DNA from: Amphiscolops sp. MND2022
Lineage: Eukaryota
Direction of reading: 5' to 3'
Length of the DNA stretch: 64,000 bases
Assembly (NCBI GenBank): GCA_964187785.1
Contig: OZ076415.1
Coordinates: forward strand, 52,328,001-52,392,000
A program made the translations under genes and the position numbers. This document shows, piece after piece, positions 40,401-50,249 of this stretch. Within the stretch, counting starts at the first letter, position 1, and each line of letters opens with the position of its first letter. The notes beneath the pieces were generated by a model. The model was not told where the DNA came from and ran no database searches. It was given only the letters and a program-made list of their open reading frames with translations.

Positions 40401-43400
40401 GATCCAACTGGAAGCAGGTTTGAGAATAATAGTTGCGAGGTGGCGAGGTGAGTAACTTGCCGCAAATGAAAGGTCGAAACTTTTACGTCAATGATGACGG
40501 AACATCCCAGAGAAAGACTTGCTTCAAAGAGCCCCCTTTCGCGAACACTGGCGTTGATTCCTTTGAACCGTATTTGTATCTGTAAAGCGTTCCACTGAAA
40601 AATGTTGAAGATTCCTTTTTACCTGTCTCACCAGTCGCGCAGTCCATATGATTTAGCTCCCTGCATGGACACTAGTATCGGTTTGATGGGAATCGTGGCA
40701 TCAGTCATTCGGTCAGACAACGCGTCAAACTTCGTTGCCAGCGAGAACGAACTATTGTCCAACATCAACAATTGAAACCAACAAACTGTCAGCGATGCAC
40801 TCGTTAATAAAGACGCTACGTGGAAGTTCAACCCACCAAGTTCCCCCATCACGAAGGGGGTTTGCGAACGTCCAGTCCGTAGCTTCACACACGTTTTCTT
40901 TGTCGTTGTAGGAAACCGCGGTTTTCAAGTGATATCTTCACGACAACGTTTTGCTTGGTGCAACATTCTGAAAAGTTCGTCCAATCACTCCCGTTAGTCC
41001 TGAAGCTATTGACGTAAACGCTCTTACACGAAATAACTTTTGGGAACTGTCAGTTCAATATTGCCGTCGTACTTCCGCCCAGAATCAGACCATCTGAAGC
41101 AATACGTTCGAGCTCAAGCGTATTCAGACTCAATTTGGAATCGTTGGCTCAAGAAGTACGTTCCAAACCCCAACCGCCGCTCCAAATGGTCCAAGAGGTC
41201 GGACCGAGATCTAAAACTGGAGACCTCCTCTGATTAGTCGATTTTACCGCAGATTTAATAAGCTATTATCAAGTTGTCTTGGTGTAATGGGAGCATAGTT
41301 GCCTGGCAACTGTGGACATGGGTTCAATCCCAGGATTTGTATAAACTTTTCATATTTTGGAAGTATTTCTTTGATTTTTTCAACTTGACCTTGAAAAAAT
41401 GCTTTGCTACTTATGTTTAATGTTGGTCATTTTGTTGACAAACATGTATTGTTCACTTTGATGTTTAGTAAACATCGTATGCTTGTTTTTGCCATCATTC
41501 GGGTGAAAAAACGCGACCGATTCTTTTAAAACGATTTATAGAGAAACTTACAATTCTACCCTAGTTTGGAAAAAATGGAAATCCTGCAGTTATCTTGCAA
41601 GTATCTTAAAAACGTGGTATTCTTGCAAGCTTCTTGCAAGCCGATGCCAGCCTTGCAAAAGTCTTGCAAGACCATGCAAATTTTGCAAGATAATAAATCA
41701 AAACCTTGCAGGACATCACAGTTATGATAACGTAATCAACGCTTCACAAATTGTCGAAATCGATCATTTTTCACAAATTTTTCAGGGTTTGTTCTTACAC
41801 AATGTACGCGTTTGATCAATCCAATAGTCAAAATTGAACATTTTTCACGGTTTGTTCCTAAACAATGTACGCTTTTGATCAATTAAGGTTCGTTCGGCCT
41901 ATTTTCAAAGTCTTATCGTGTACATGATAAAAGAAAGTAATTTGTTCTTCAATATACATCAGAACTATTGTCGGTTTTTTAGTCGGCGCTTTCCGTAGAA
42001 AAACGCAAACTATAGTAGTGACTTTTTCTTTTTTTTTAAGATCAACGAAATGACAGATTTCTTTATAAGTTAAGTTTATAAGTTAACCGACACTATCACT
42101 AAACTGTGCCACACTACTTCACTGCCACCTGGCATAGAGGTTACGGCTTTTTTGAGGTCTGCCAAGCAGAAGTACATGGGTTCGAGTCCCGCCCTTGACC
42201 TATATTTTTTGGTGCATATTTTTTTCGGCTTTGTGAGATTTTTTTTCGCAAAAACCTCCAAAGGGTCCACCCTTCATTTTTTTGTCTATTTTGCAAAAGA
42301 ATGGATGTTCAAAAACTCCCAAAGGGCCAAAAAATTAAAAAAAAACAAAATTTCGGATTTTTTTTCTTTTTCCTCAAGCGGCTACTGTAGAAGAGAATAC
42401 TTGACACTTTGAAGTCCTTTTGCTATTTTTGAGCCTTAGATATGGCGCCGACTTGTGCCGTTCCCGGCTTGTTAAATACAAACAATAAGTTTTCATGCTG
42501 CATTACTAAAATCACACTTCTAGAGATATAGTTTTTCTAGAGTTTGCATTTTGGGTTCCTCACAGCTGTCTCCCTTAAGTCAATTGTAAATTGACAAAAC
42601 TGAGATGACTGAAGCCAGATTGTTGTTTAAGAAAGTCCTTTTCAAATATTCTAAATAAAAATGTCTGGAACCGCTTTTTTGATAGTACGAGAATGGGGAC
42701 TTGCAGAATTATTCATTAAGTGACGTTCAAATGAACGGAAGGTCTTTTAGGCATCTCGATTTCTTAGTCGAAACATGCAAGTATCTTTCCTAGCACTTTC
42801 CTTGCAAGTCTAACACAATGTCATATTATTTCTTGCCTTGCAAAAATCTTGCAAGAATCTTGCAAGACAGTTTGCAAGAATAATGCATTGACTTGCAATA
42901 TCTTGCAAGACGTCTTGCAAGATCTTTTCAAGAATTACATTTTTTTTCACCCTAGGGTATGGTTATTTCAGGAATTTCAAAGGGTGTAGATCTTGGACAC
43001 TTTGTAATCATAGGCTGTTTTGAACGAATAAAAACGTTTTACAGAAGTACGGAAGAACTACAATTAATTCTAGCTCGGAGGATTTTGACTACAGTTGCGT
43101 AGCTATCTGAACTTTTGCGCCAAGAAATGTTCCAAGTGATCTTACAAAAACAGTTTTCCAGCGTTTCTTTATTTGGGTCAGGTCAGCACCAGTAACTTCC
43201 TAGTCTGGGTTCAGGGGTGCGGTCCCGAGACGAAGTCATCTGAAATTTTGCAGACATTCATTACAGTTCAATTGAGCAAAAAGAGTTATGGTTTCCAAAA
43301 GTTTCTTCTAATTAGTTTCATATTTTGTCCGAGTACCATTTTCAATTTCGCCGAAGTATCGGAACATGAAATTATTGATAACAGCTTCCCAAAATATTAT

Positions 43401-45038
43401 TGAAAATTCAACCCAAATATGGTTTATAGAAAAATAAAAATGCACTGGGTATTTTCATCTTTTCAGAATTGTACATTTTTTGTTTTGTAAATATTAATAT
43501 TTTTCAGCTCCAGAAATTGTAGCAGTAGTAGTGTGCGGGAAGCAATCTCTCAAACTAACGCCTGCCTGGACAATTATGGAGCAGATCTCATGGACCAACA
43601 GGCTGTAAGTTGACTTTTTAATCGGCGCTTTATAAAATAAATTTCATATATTTTTGTGTATTTAATTTGTTCATTTTTCTTTCCAATCCGGTGACCATAA
43701 AAATTCTGAAAATTCTACAAAATGCCACAAATTCCAAAATAGTTCAGAGAGTCCTTCCTTCCATTTTTAAACGCTCATTTGGATATCAAGCGTTATGAGT
43801 TCCATTTTCACTGAGACTTTTCTGGAAGAAGTTGAAATTCCATCGAAGGGCCACTTTAGGTTTTTTTGATATTTTGTTTTTTTTTCAAGTCTGAAGGGTC
43901 TCCTTCGGACTTTTTGGCATTATGCGATTATTTATCTAGGAAATTTTTTCCTCCAAATTTATTTTACTTTTCCAGTGGCGCATAAATGTATTTTCGGCAC
44001 TCCACGACTTTTCTCATGGAAAAATTATGGAAACAGCCACTTAGCTTTGCATGTCGTTTTTAGTCAGCGCTTTTCTTGAAAAGAACTGACTATAGTCATG
44101 GTTTTTTTCGATACACCTGAAGTGACCAAAATACTTCTATCAAAAATTATACAAAATTTTAAATTGCCCTTATTGGCCCAGGGAACTGAACCAAAAAGGT
44201 TTCTCGCGTAACATACAATACCGGACGAGACCAAAGGGTCCCCCCTTTCAGTTTTTTCGGCACTGCGAGATTTTTTTCAAATTTTTTTCGGGTGCTGTAG
44301 AAGAGAATACTTTGACACGTTGAAGTCCTTTTGCTATTTTTGAGCCTTGGATATGGCGCCGACTTGGGCCGGTCCCGGCTTGTTACCTTGTGATATTGAG
44401 AATTATTCAGAAAGAGTTCCTTAAAGCATTGAAGTAACTTTTACCTTTTGAACTGTAAGCGGGGCACCAATTCATGCCGTTCCCGGTTTGTTAGCACGTA
44501 TGCTTACTTCGTTACTATCTTTGCACACGTTCTGCGGGTCAAGCAACACCATGTATGCAGAAAAGACAAGAAACAGTAAACGTTTTTTTTTTAAAAAATT
44601 CAGTCAAAAAATTGTTTCTTCTGTTTCAGCAAGAAATGGCATTGGGTTTGGATATGTCAGATGATGAATGTGTAGGCTCAGGCTCTTTGTCGTCAAGCTA
44701 CTTCATGGATAAAACTAAAAAGGTATCTGTGAAAATTTTCATTATCCTGTTTGAAACTATTCACATATCATTGACTTAAACTGGCCAAATTGTTATCAAC
44801 TTCGAGCTCTTTAACTATTTTAAAGTTGGTCAATTCAGTTTTGAGAAAAACGTCTGATTTGTCGAAATCGAGTAATTTAGAGTTCAAATTAAGCCTAATA
44901 CAATTCAAAGTTGTTACAACTTCATATCATGTTTTTTTTCAGAAAAAGGCCTTTAGAGCCCAAAGACAAACAGACAAATCAGCTAATATGATGTTCGGAA
45001 ATGCCAAATGCAACACTAAAAAATCTTTCTTCAAGTGA
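4390..45038 (+). CDS. 14-exon gene, 785 aa: Sec23/24-like zinc finger + vWA domain protein (circularly permutated Ras protein 1-like family, no Ras domain seen)
   Basis: Exons 4390-4483, 19457-19761, 22885-23139, 23504-23740, 23981-24070, 24485-24639, 25720-25911, 26991-27182, 27427-27542, 27723-28031, 29089-29215, 43508-43604, 44630-44722, 44943-45038. All introns are GT-AG, phases match, total 2358 nt. Motifs: MEFASG start, CEKC/CVFC, DISGS, TALGPAL, CTDG. Confidence 0.88.
4815..5170. repeat. Array of GGAATAAGATCT / AGATCTTATTCC motifs in both orientations
   Basis: About 8 degenerate copies visible; typical of subterminal repeats of a foldback-type element. Confidence 0.55.
5461..5660 (+). 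mobile_element. 200-bp solo LTR with 5-bp TSD ATACC
   Basis: TGTGGTAG...CTACTACA termini; ATACC at 5456-5460 and 5661-5665; near-identical to 11112-11311. Confidence 0.85.
5661..6424 (+). repeat. Copy 1 of a ~765-bp duplicated flank (copy 2 at 11312-12091)
   Basis: Direct repeat with scattered substitutions and small indels; includes the right TIR of the 4555 element. Confidence 0.9.
6420..10365 (+). pseudogene. Ty3/Gypsy gag-pol, 5'-truncated and disabled
   Basis: Gag with Cys knuckles (CWRC...), protease IDTGSP, RT FIDD, RNase H ICDAS/SDHKAL, integrase HYGH...CREC and DDE core, in PR-RT-RH-IN order; stops at 6952 and 8661 plus frameshifts. Confidence 0.93.
10378..10980. repeat. Mosaic in the retroelement 3' region: AGATCTAA array, GC-rich block, GCCGAAACGT array
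   Basis: Over 10 (A)GATCTAA motifs at 10378-10640; several GCCGAAACGT/ACGTTTCGGC-type motifs at 10865-10980. Confidence 0.6.
11101..11311 (+). mobile_element. Polypurine tract plus 3' LTR (11112-11311)
   Basis: AGAGAGGGAAG directly before TGTGGTAG; 200 bp; followed by ATACC. Confidence 0.88.
11312..12091 (+). repeat. Copy 2 of the duplicated flank
   Basis: Matches 5661-6424; the copies diverge after ...GAAACGACATG. Confidence 0.9.
12589..14793 (+). CDS. 734-aa GLFG/FG-repeat protein (nucleoporin-like low-complexity domain only), nested in intron 1
   Basis: About 50 repeats of [13 protein letters not shown]; diverged 3' units keep LFG through synonymous changes (e.g. TTA TTC GGA TCC vs TTG TTT GGA TCA); TGA stop, ATTAAA about 100 bp downstream. 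Confidence 0.65.
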   Translation: MCKDEGAGSSLFGSTADQKPGSLLFVSMATQGPPRYLFGSAINQSAAGGLFVSTTNQSAGGGLFGSTTNQSAGGGLFGSTTNQSAGGGLFGSRTNQNPGGGLFGSTTNQSASGGVFGSTTNQSAGGGLFGSTTNQRAGGCLFGSTTNQSAGGGLFGSTTNQSAGGCLFGSTTNQSAGGGLFGSRTNQNPGGGLFGSTTNQSAGGDVFGSTTNQSAGGGLFGSTTNQRAGGCLFGSTTNQSAGGGLFGSTTNQSAGGCLFGSTTNQSAGGGLFGSRTNQNPGGGLFGSTTNQSASGGVFGSTTNQSAGGGLFGSTTNQRAGGCLFGSTTNQSAGGGLFGSTTNQSAGGCLFGSTTNQSAGGGLFGSRTNQNPGGGLFGSTTNQSAGGGVFGSTTNQSAGGGLFGSTTNQSAGGCLFGSTTNQSAGGCLFGSATNQSAGGGLFGSRTNQNPGGGLFGSTTNQSAGGGLFGSRTNQNPGGGLFGSTTNQSGGGGVFGSTTNQSAGGGLFGSTTNQSAGGGLFGSTNNQGTGGSLFELTTNETNENAGGSFFGSTTNQNPGGGLFGSSTNQSASGGLFGPTTIQSSGEGLFGSTNQQGTGGSLFGPTTNQGTPNKQAGGGLFESANNRSTGGTLCEPTTNQSAGCGLFGSTTNQFAAGGLFGSTDHQSAGCGLFGSTTSHCTGDSLFGPTTNQSTAAAGLFGSTTNQKAGAGLFGSLINRSTGNSLFHLTNGNPLSNN
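12710..14300 (+). repeat. 39-bp coding minisatellite with a 273-bp (7-unit) higher-order period
   Basis: Variant unit AGAACCAATCAGAATCCC at 12865, 13138, 13411, 13684 (273 apart), then 13918 and 13996. Confidence 0.95.
15741..17101 (-). mobile_element. ~1.36-kb solo LTR containing a gag-like N-terminal ORF ([16 protein letters not shown]...)
   Basis: Minus-strand TGTTG...CGCGACA termini, 4-bp TSD AAAC at 15737-40 and 17102-05; frameshifted ORF from 16419 runs to the LTR end. Confidence 0.6.
15871..16020. repeat. 48-bp tandem repeat (about 3 units) inside the LTR ORF
   Basis: CCATTGTAGCCCACT...GTGAAATTAGCC at 15871 and 15919, plus a partial third unit. Confidence 0.85.
18011..18462 (+). mobile_element. 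DINE-1/HINE-like (Helentron-associated) non-autonomous element
   Basis: AACAA start, AGTCGGCGC subterminal motif inverted at the far end (GCGCCGACT), internal AGTCGCACAGTGCCGAAAA/GGGACCC repeats, no TSD seen. Confidence 0.55.
18578..18998. mobile_element. hAT MITE
   Basis: TIR TAGGGCAACC/GGTTGCCCTA, perfect 8-bp TSD GTCATCAC, many AAGGGC subterminal repeats. Confidence 0.93.
19457..19761 (+). CDS. vWA gene exon 2 (poly-Pro, [13 protein letters not shown])
   Basis: Acceptor TTTTAG, donor GTGAGT; open frame with the first Zn-finger Cys pair. Confidence 0.85.
22885..23139 (+). CDS. vWA gene exon 3 (WMCVFC, DISGS)
   Basis: TTCAG acceptor, GTACGT donor; second Cys pair and MIDAS DxSxS. Confidence 0.92.
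23504..23740 (+). CDS. vWA gene exon 4
   Basis: TTTAAG acceptor, GTTAGC donor; ends ISRLD, phase 0. Confidence 0.8.
23981..24070 (+). CDS. vWA gene exon 5
   Basis: CTACAG acceptor, GTGAGT donor; [11 protein letters not shown]...VVTFCTE. Confidence 0.9.
24485..24639 (+). CDS. vWA gene exon 6
   Basis: TGTCAG acceptor, GTTAGT donor, phase 2 completed by the next exon. Confidence 0.82.
25720..25911 (+). CDS. vWA gene exon 7 (TALGPAL, CTDG)
   Basis: TTTCAG acceptor, GTATGC donor; MIDAS Thr and Asp. Confidence 0.92.
26991..27182 (+). CDS. vWA gene exon 8
   Basis: TGACAG acceptor, GTGAGT donor; [10 protein letters not shown]... Confidence 0.9.
27427..27542 (+). CDS. vWA gene exon 9 ([15 protein letters not shown])
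   Basis: TTTCAG acceptor, GTGAGT donor; phases 2 and 1 consistent. Confidence 0.88.
27723..28031 (+). CDS. vWA gene exon 10 (acidic linker, [10 protein letters not shown])
   Basis: TTACAG acceptor, GTACGA donor. Confidence 0.88.
29089..29215 (+). CDS. vWA gene exon 11
   Basis: TTTCAG acceptor, GTTAGT donor; [13 protein letters not shown]... Confidence 0.82.
29922..32740 (+). repeat. Large unclassified non-coding interspersed repeat, copy 1
   Basis: Colinear, diverged homology to the reverse complement of about 54970-57516 (e.g. ATAGAATTCAACTCA...AGCTTCGTGCGAT; AAGTAACAA...GTCACCCT). Confidence 0.7.
30050..31050 (+). repeat. Degenerate ~185-bp tandem array (5-6 units)
   Basis: AATTGACACCGAAAATGACAAAAA at 30410, 30596, 30786, with weaker copies near 30228 and 30970. 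Confidence 0.75.
32759..39953 (-). mobile_element. Old full-length Ty3/Gypsy LTR retrotransposon, decayed
   Basis: LTRs at 32759-32968 and 39733-39953, clearly diverged; TSD ATAAC/AAAAC; RT, RNase H (TTDAC) and integrase remnants on the minus strand. Confidence 0.85.
33227..36576. other. 1575-bp duplication on both sides of a 200-N gap (34802-35001); probable assembly overlap
   Basis: 33227-34801 and 35002-36576 have equal length, about 10 differences, and abut the gap exactly. Confidence 0.85.
40330..41235 (+). pseudogene. BEL/Pao integrase remnant
   Basis: Broken-frame motifs [35 protein letters not shown]. Confidence 0.85.
41273..41340 (+). pseudogene. tRNA-derived sequence (Gly-like) with collapsed anticodon loop
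   Basis: A-box-like TGGTGTAATGG, AGCATAGTTGCCT, stem AGTTGC-CTG-GCAACT, B-box GGTTCAATCCC; no convincing acceptor stem. Confidence 0.5.
41559..42957. mobile_element. CCC...GGG non-autonomous element with 2-bp TSD TA
   Basis: CCCTAG/CTAGGG ends, ~45-bp imperfect TIR, dense CTTGCAAG subterminal repeats at both ends. Confidence 0.72.
41975..42473 (-). mobile_element. HINE-like copy with an internal tRNA-like A/B box module
   Basis: TTTTAGTCGGCGCTTT ... GGCGCCGACTTGTGCCGTTCCCGGCTTGTT; TGGCATAGAGG at 42130 and GGTTCGAGTCC at 42179. Confidence 0.6.
43508..43604 (+). CDS. vWA gene exon 12
   Basis: TTTTCAG acceptor, GTAAGT donor; 97 nt, phase 2 in and phase 0 out, fitting both neighbours. Confidence 0.75.
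43614..44384 (-). mobile_element. HINE-like copies (two abutting or nested)
   Basis: 3'-type ends near 43614 and 44059; 5'-type end GGCGCCGACTTGGGCCGGTCCCGGCTTGTT at 44384. Confidence 0.55.
44630..44722 (+). CDS. vWA gene exon 13
   Basis: TTTCAG acceptor, GTATCT donor; [13 protein letters not shown]... Confidence 0.78.
44943..45038 (+). CDS. vWA gene terminal exon 14
   Basis: Poly-T CAG acceptor; [11 protein letters not shown]...FFK then TGA. Confidence 0.78.
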   Translation, partial: KKAFRAQRQTDKSANMMFGNAKCNTKKSFFK

Positions 45039-45662
45039 AAACAGTTACCACGCCATTCTATCTACAATACAGTTACAGTTAAATGCATATCCCGTGATCG
45101 CCCAAATGCCAGAATATCGTCCCTCTATATTTTTAAATTATCATCATGGCTTCAAATTTTATGAACCTCAATATTTTATATGAATTGCTGTATTTAAATT
45201 TGAGTGCCCGTCGTGATTGAAGAAATTGATATGAATACTTTAAGCGTTTTTGCTCCCAAGTTTTACCTGCAAGAAAAGTTATATTAGAGTATATAATTGC
45301 AACCCGACCTTTTTGTAGCATTACAGCCACATTCGAGTCGTAAAGTTCGGAGACAAAGCCTGAGAAATTGTCAATGAAAAGTCACCCTTCATACTATGAC
45401 CTTCGGATTGACCCTCCGCATGAAAATGAGCGCTTGAATTCTTTGTGTACGAGTATGTAGAAAGTCGCCCGGAAAACGATCCATTGAAATAGATTTCTGT
45501 TAGGTTAGAATCCGTAGTCGGGATTGCTTGAAATTTTTACATGCTGCCTTGGAACAAGCAGGCTAGTTTTGTATTACAAAACGTGGGAAAATCAGGAGCA
45601 TGCATGGAAAAATGTTGTAAAACTTCCAAGCAGTTTGTAAAAAGCTTAACGGACATCCATGT

Positions 45663-46751
45663 TGTGATAATCCTCCTCCTCGGAGTCCTCATTTGAAATA
45701 AGAGTTTCGTCTAAGTTTGGTATACTTCGGTAAAATGGTCTAGCAGGATTTCTCAGTTCATTCATATCAGAGGCTCTAATGGGATAATCTTCGTCTTCTG
45801 TGTCTGAATTTTCAACGTTAGATGCGTGAACTCCAACAGACCTATCATTTTTGGATCCCGAAGGTTGAGTGTTCTGAGTTCCGTTTATTTCAGATCTAGG
45901 ATTTGTTTTTGTTGATGCACATTTGATTGTTCTCATCTCTTTCACATTTGCTTCAAACTTGTTTTCCATCTCTTCCCTCATTTTCCTTATTCTGTCCTTA
46001 TTCTTTTGCTAAAAGTGCTCAGTCCATGCTTCAATCTCATTGCTAATTTGGCTGGGTTCTGTTAATTGAGGTCTTAAATCGTCTCCACCTAAAGTTTCCT
46101 GGATGACGGTATCAACAATATGTAAAATGTAAAGTTTCATTACGTTGGTTTGTTGTTTCCACTTGCGCTTCACTCAGATCTCTGTCAGGAGGTGGAGTTT
46201 CCAATCTCCTACACCTTCTGTTTTTCTTGGTGAAAATGCGTTGTGGTTGTTAGGGAAGAATTTGAATTTATTCAAACGACTTCGACAAAACAAACTGAAA
46301 AAGTAGAACACGGGTTGAAAGGAAAGACTGCTTTCACAATGGTTGATTAAGGTTCTAAGCGACTGCTTCTGGTGAGAGCTATTCAAAAGAATGATCCCTA
46401 CACTTGTATGTGTCGAGAAAAGATATCTGGGACTACACCCGTTTTTGTGAGTGTCATGATTCTCAAAATCTATAAGCAAATTGCGCCATATGGCGTAATT
46501 CTAATTAAGCTTTAGAGTATACGTTACATGGGAACCGTTCAAATGGACGACCGCTCTGTTTGACGACTGTGCATTTGATCGATTTTGCACGCATTCCATT
46601 TTCAGTTCGCTCACAACTTGTAATGGTTACATAATTGGAGTTTGTCCGCGAACCTCAACCAACCAATAATATTTTAGAAACAGCTGGTAGTCTTCCAATT
46701 GACCAATCGGTTAGTTGAGCGGTCGTCTATTTGAGCTAGACTCACGTTACA
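45663..46751 (-). mobile_element. Long solo LTR (or LTR fragment) with a gag-like ORF ending ...EEEDYH at the terminal CA
   Basis: Ends GAGGAGGATTATCACA like 60053; protein homology to the 59490-60053 ORF; far boundary approximate, no TSD found. Confidence 0.55.
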
Positions 46752-46978
46752 TGGCAGTTAGATTACGTATTTCCCAAATATGGTAAAAACCCTGGAAATT
46801 CGTATATTACCTTGTATACGTCTTTATTGTCCCGCATAGTGACGTATGAATAGCCCATAGCACTTTTGTGAGAGAAGTGATGGGCTTCCGCATAATACCG
46901 CATATACGGTAACAAAATTCCGCATGTTGCTGTATATGAGTCTGGAATGTTCCGCACGATATCGCACATTTAATAAAT

Positions 46979-47330
46979 AACAAGACGGAAACGTCCCAAG
47001 TCGGCGCCATATCTTAGGCTCAAAAATATTCAAGGAACAACTATTGGAACTATCTGGGAAAAAATTTTTTTCCAAGAAAAATATTTGTTTAAAAAGTCGC
47101 ACAATGCCGAAAAAGTTAAAAAGAGGTAATTTAGGCTCATTAAACGTTTTCTACCAACCGAAAAGTTCAAAAAATGCAAGGGGGTACACTTTGATAAAAT
47201 TCGAAAATTTTCGAAAAAAAGTCGCATAGTGCCGAAAAAAAACCCAAAGGGGGGACCCTTTGGTCTCACCTGTACTTTTGGAAGCATTAAAGAATTTATG
47301 GTTCAGTGCGAGAATCGAACCCACGCTCTC
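46979..47330 (+). mobile_element. HINE-like copy with antisense B-box
   Basis: AACAAGACGGAAACGTCCCAAGTCGGCGCCATATC start; GAGAATCGAACC at 47310. Confidence 0.55.
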
Positions 47331-50249
47331 CGGCTTGGTTTAAGATGAACAAATATGAAAGATGAACAAATTGTAAGAAAAGTGGACCACTCAGAGTGAG
47401 ATTGTCAACTGAAAAAAAACTACTCACTGTAAGAGTTGAGCTTTTTTCCTTAAGGGAAAAGGCGCGGACTAAAAACAGCACAATGAAGTACATACGTCAC
47501 TATGTTTTCTGCACAGTGACGCGTGATTAAGAGTTAAACAATCACGTATGAAGTAGTCATCAAGTTCCATTCATGAAAACAATCTAGCAAAATTGTGACC
47601 AGAGGTAAAAAGTTAAAAAAGCACATGGTAAACTGTATCTTAATTCATGATTTTACACTTTTAAAAGAAAAAATATAGAAACTTCTAAAAGAGAAAATTT
47701 ACACTTCTAAAAGAGAAAAAATAGAAACACATATTTACATGATTCGATCTTCCAATTAAAACAAATAAAAAGGCACTAAAAGGCAGGGGGGTTTGACATT
47801 TTTAGGGGTCGGAAAAAATTTCGACTACTTATGCAATCGTGCTGTTTTTTTCTGTTGTTTTTTTTCTACCGACCTTCTCATGAAAATTTCTAATTCCTCA
47901 AAATCTGTTCATAAGAATTTCACGAAATTTTGCACAGTCATTCTAAACCCAAGGGGGCGCCTGCGTGCGCAAAGGCATCAAAATCGTATGACTGGAATGT
48001 GAGAAACATAGCCTAAATTAACCCAAAAGTGGCCAAAAAACAGTCACTTTTCGACTTTGTTTAACTTTTGATAAAACTGTTCATACGATTCGAACCGAAA
48101 GTTTCTACGGTCATTTTGTTCACCATAGTATGGTCCTATGTGTGCAATCTCAATAAATTGGTATGACTGGTATTGGAGCGAGTCAGAAGGAAAAAGATCT
48201 AAGCTGACTCCTTTACCGCATATGCGGCTCTGGTATAAGAGTCCTATTGGTACAAGTTTGTTCTTCAGGGCTGCATCTGTAGTTCTCTTTCTGCACTTTC
48301 ATAGCTGGGCTAGCGCAACCATGAGGCTGTGACACATGTACTTGGAAAAAACTTCCAGGCAGTTTTCGGAATTTCATAAAAAATTTGGAAAAAAATGAAG
48401 GCTCCGATCGATCTCAAACCTCAAACAACTTTGGATAACATATTCAAACGCTTTCTCTGCATCTTGAAACCTAGTGTACTTCATTAAAAAATTCATTCCA
48501 ATGGGAAAAATCAGTTCAATCATTACAAAATGGTACAAACACAAAAAGACAGTTTAGAAGCATTCAAATTTGTCACATCATACGATGTTGCTTAGGCCAA
48601 AACTTGGAAATTTGCAAGACCAGACCATTTTCTACTTCTCGGACGTCAGCTAGAAATGCGGCCACTTCTGATGCACTCAAATTGCAAGGGCGATGAGACC
48701 AGAAAGAGAAAGCTTACACGATTGTAAAATCTGACAAAACAGTTTTCCAAACATTCGAGTCTTTGATACAAAGCAAGGCAAGAGTGACGCAGCAGTAAAC
48801 TTTTGAGAAAGAAAACTTCAGAAAGCAGCTCCAAAAACCTAATGAATTTGCCTTGCAACCTATTATAGCATGTAAAATTTTACAGCACTTGCAGCTAGAG
48901 TTGTGTCAATGAAAAAATCTTTTACAACTCCCACGGAAATTTAAAACAATCATGGAATATTTTAGACTAGTAATGCTGGAGTTTAGAATTCACTTAAATG
49001 CTCTTCTGACGTGACTGATTTACCACAACCAAAAACAAAAAACCCGCGCTTTTTCAAAAAATTTGCAATCTAACAGCAATCTAATTCTTCAAAATGATCT
49101 TTTCAGACTTTTTCAGAGACGTTTGACAGTAATTCCGCGTTAACCTAAATACAGAAAACATGTATATCAAAGTTCGTATATCGTGATGTATGATACACTG
49201 ACCAAAAAATAAATCCGTGCAAATTGTACGAGGAGCATATACTCTTTGTAGTCTGCAGTTTCGGAGAAACAGAACGACCCTTGCAGTGGCTAGTTTTTAC
49301 CAGTAGCTCTGATCCGCCCACTTTTACGGAGAACAGACGATGCGCAAGTATTTTTCACACAGAAAAGACCATGTGGCTTAGCCAGCACGCTATATTCGAA
49401 TTGTAGACGTTATATCCGAACGTCTGTATTTTGTTTTACTAAGGAGGAGGCGGAGGTTTCTTTTTCATCAAAACTATTGCGCTACATCCGATTTGCTACA
49501 TCCGAAGACCCCCTCATTGTTTTTACTAGAAACGAAAGATTTTGCGTGCATAGATGTTTTTTGCCTGTTTCAAGGGTAACCTCTGATTATTTTTAGTCCT
49601 GTGGGACTGATGAACGTTTCTCAATAATTTCCCAGAAGACCCTACGGCTTTTTTGGCACTGTGAGACTATTTTTCGAAACAGTTGTCTTCGGTAAATTTG
49701 TACCCCCTTCACTTTTCAAAATGTTTCTGACTTGGAAAAAGCGTTTCGTGACCTAAATGGTTCTCGTTTTGGGTTTTTCCGCACCACGGAAGAAAAAATC
49801 AGTGGCATTTTTTGGAAAATTGTTTTTTTCCACTTTGGGAAAAACTGTTCAAATCTTATGGGTATCCCTTAGGTTTTTTTGCTGCTGTATTAATCCTATA
49901 AATTCTATTAATTTTCACAATGCTGTGTTTTCGCATATTCAAAACACTTTGCGTTTTTTGAAGCTTGAGTGAAGCGCCGACTTTGGCCGTTCCCAGATGA
50001 TCTATAGTAAGGTAAGGTTTTCGAACCATGGTTCCACAATGGAACACTATTTTACACGGGAGAAATTTACATAACGTAGTCAAACAACTCAGACGTCGAT
50101 AATCCCGGGGACGTCTAGCTGATCCTAATTTATTTGCTTCTAATCGAAAATTCTAGTTACTTCTAATTAAATTTCTTCAGTTGCTAGTTGCTTCTAGTTT
50201 ATCTAAATGTTGTCTACAAATTACGATAACGTAGTCAGCTATGTTCACA

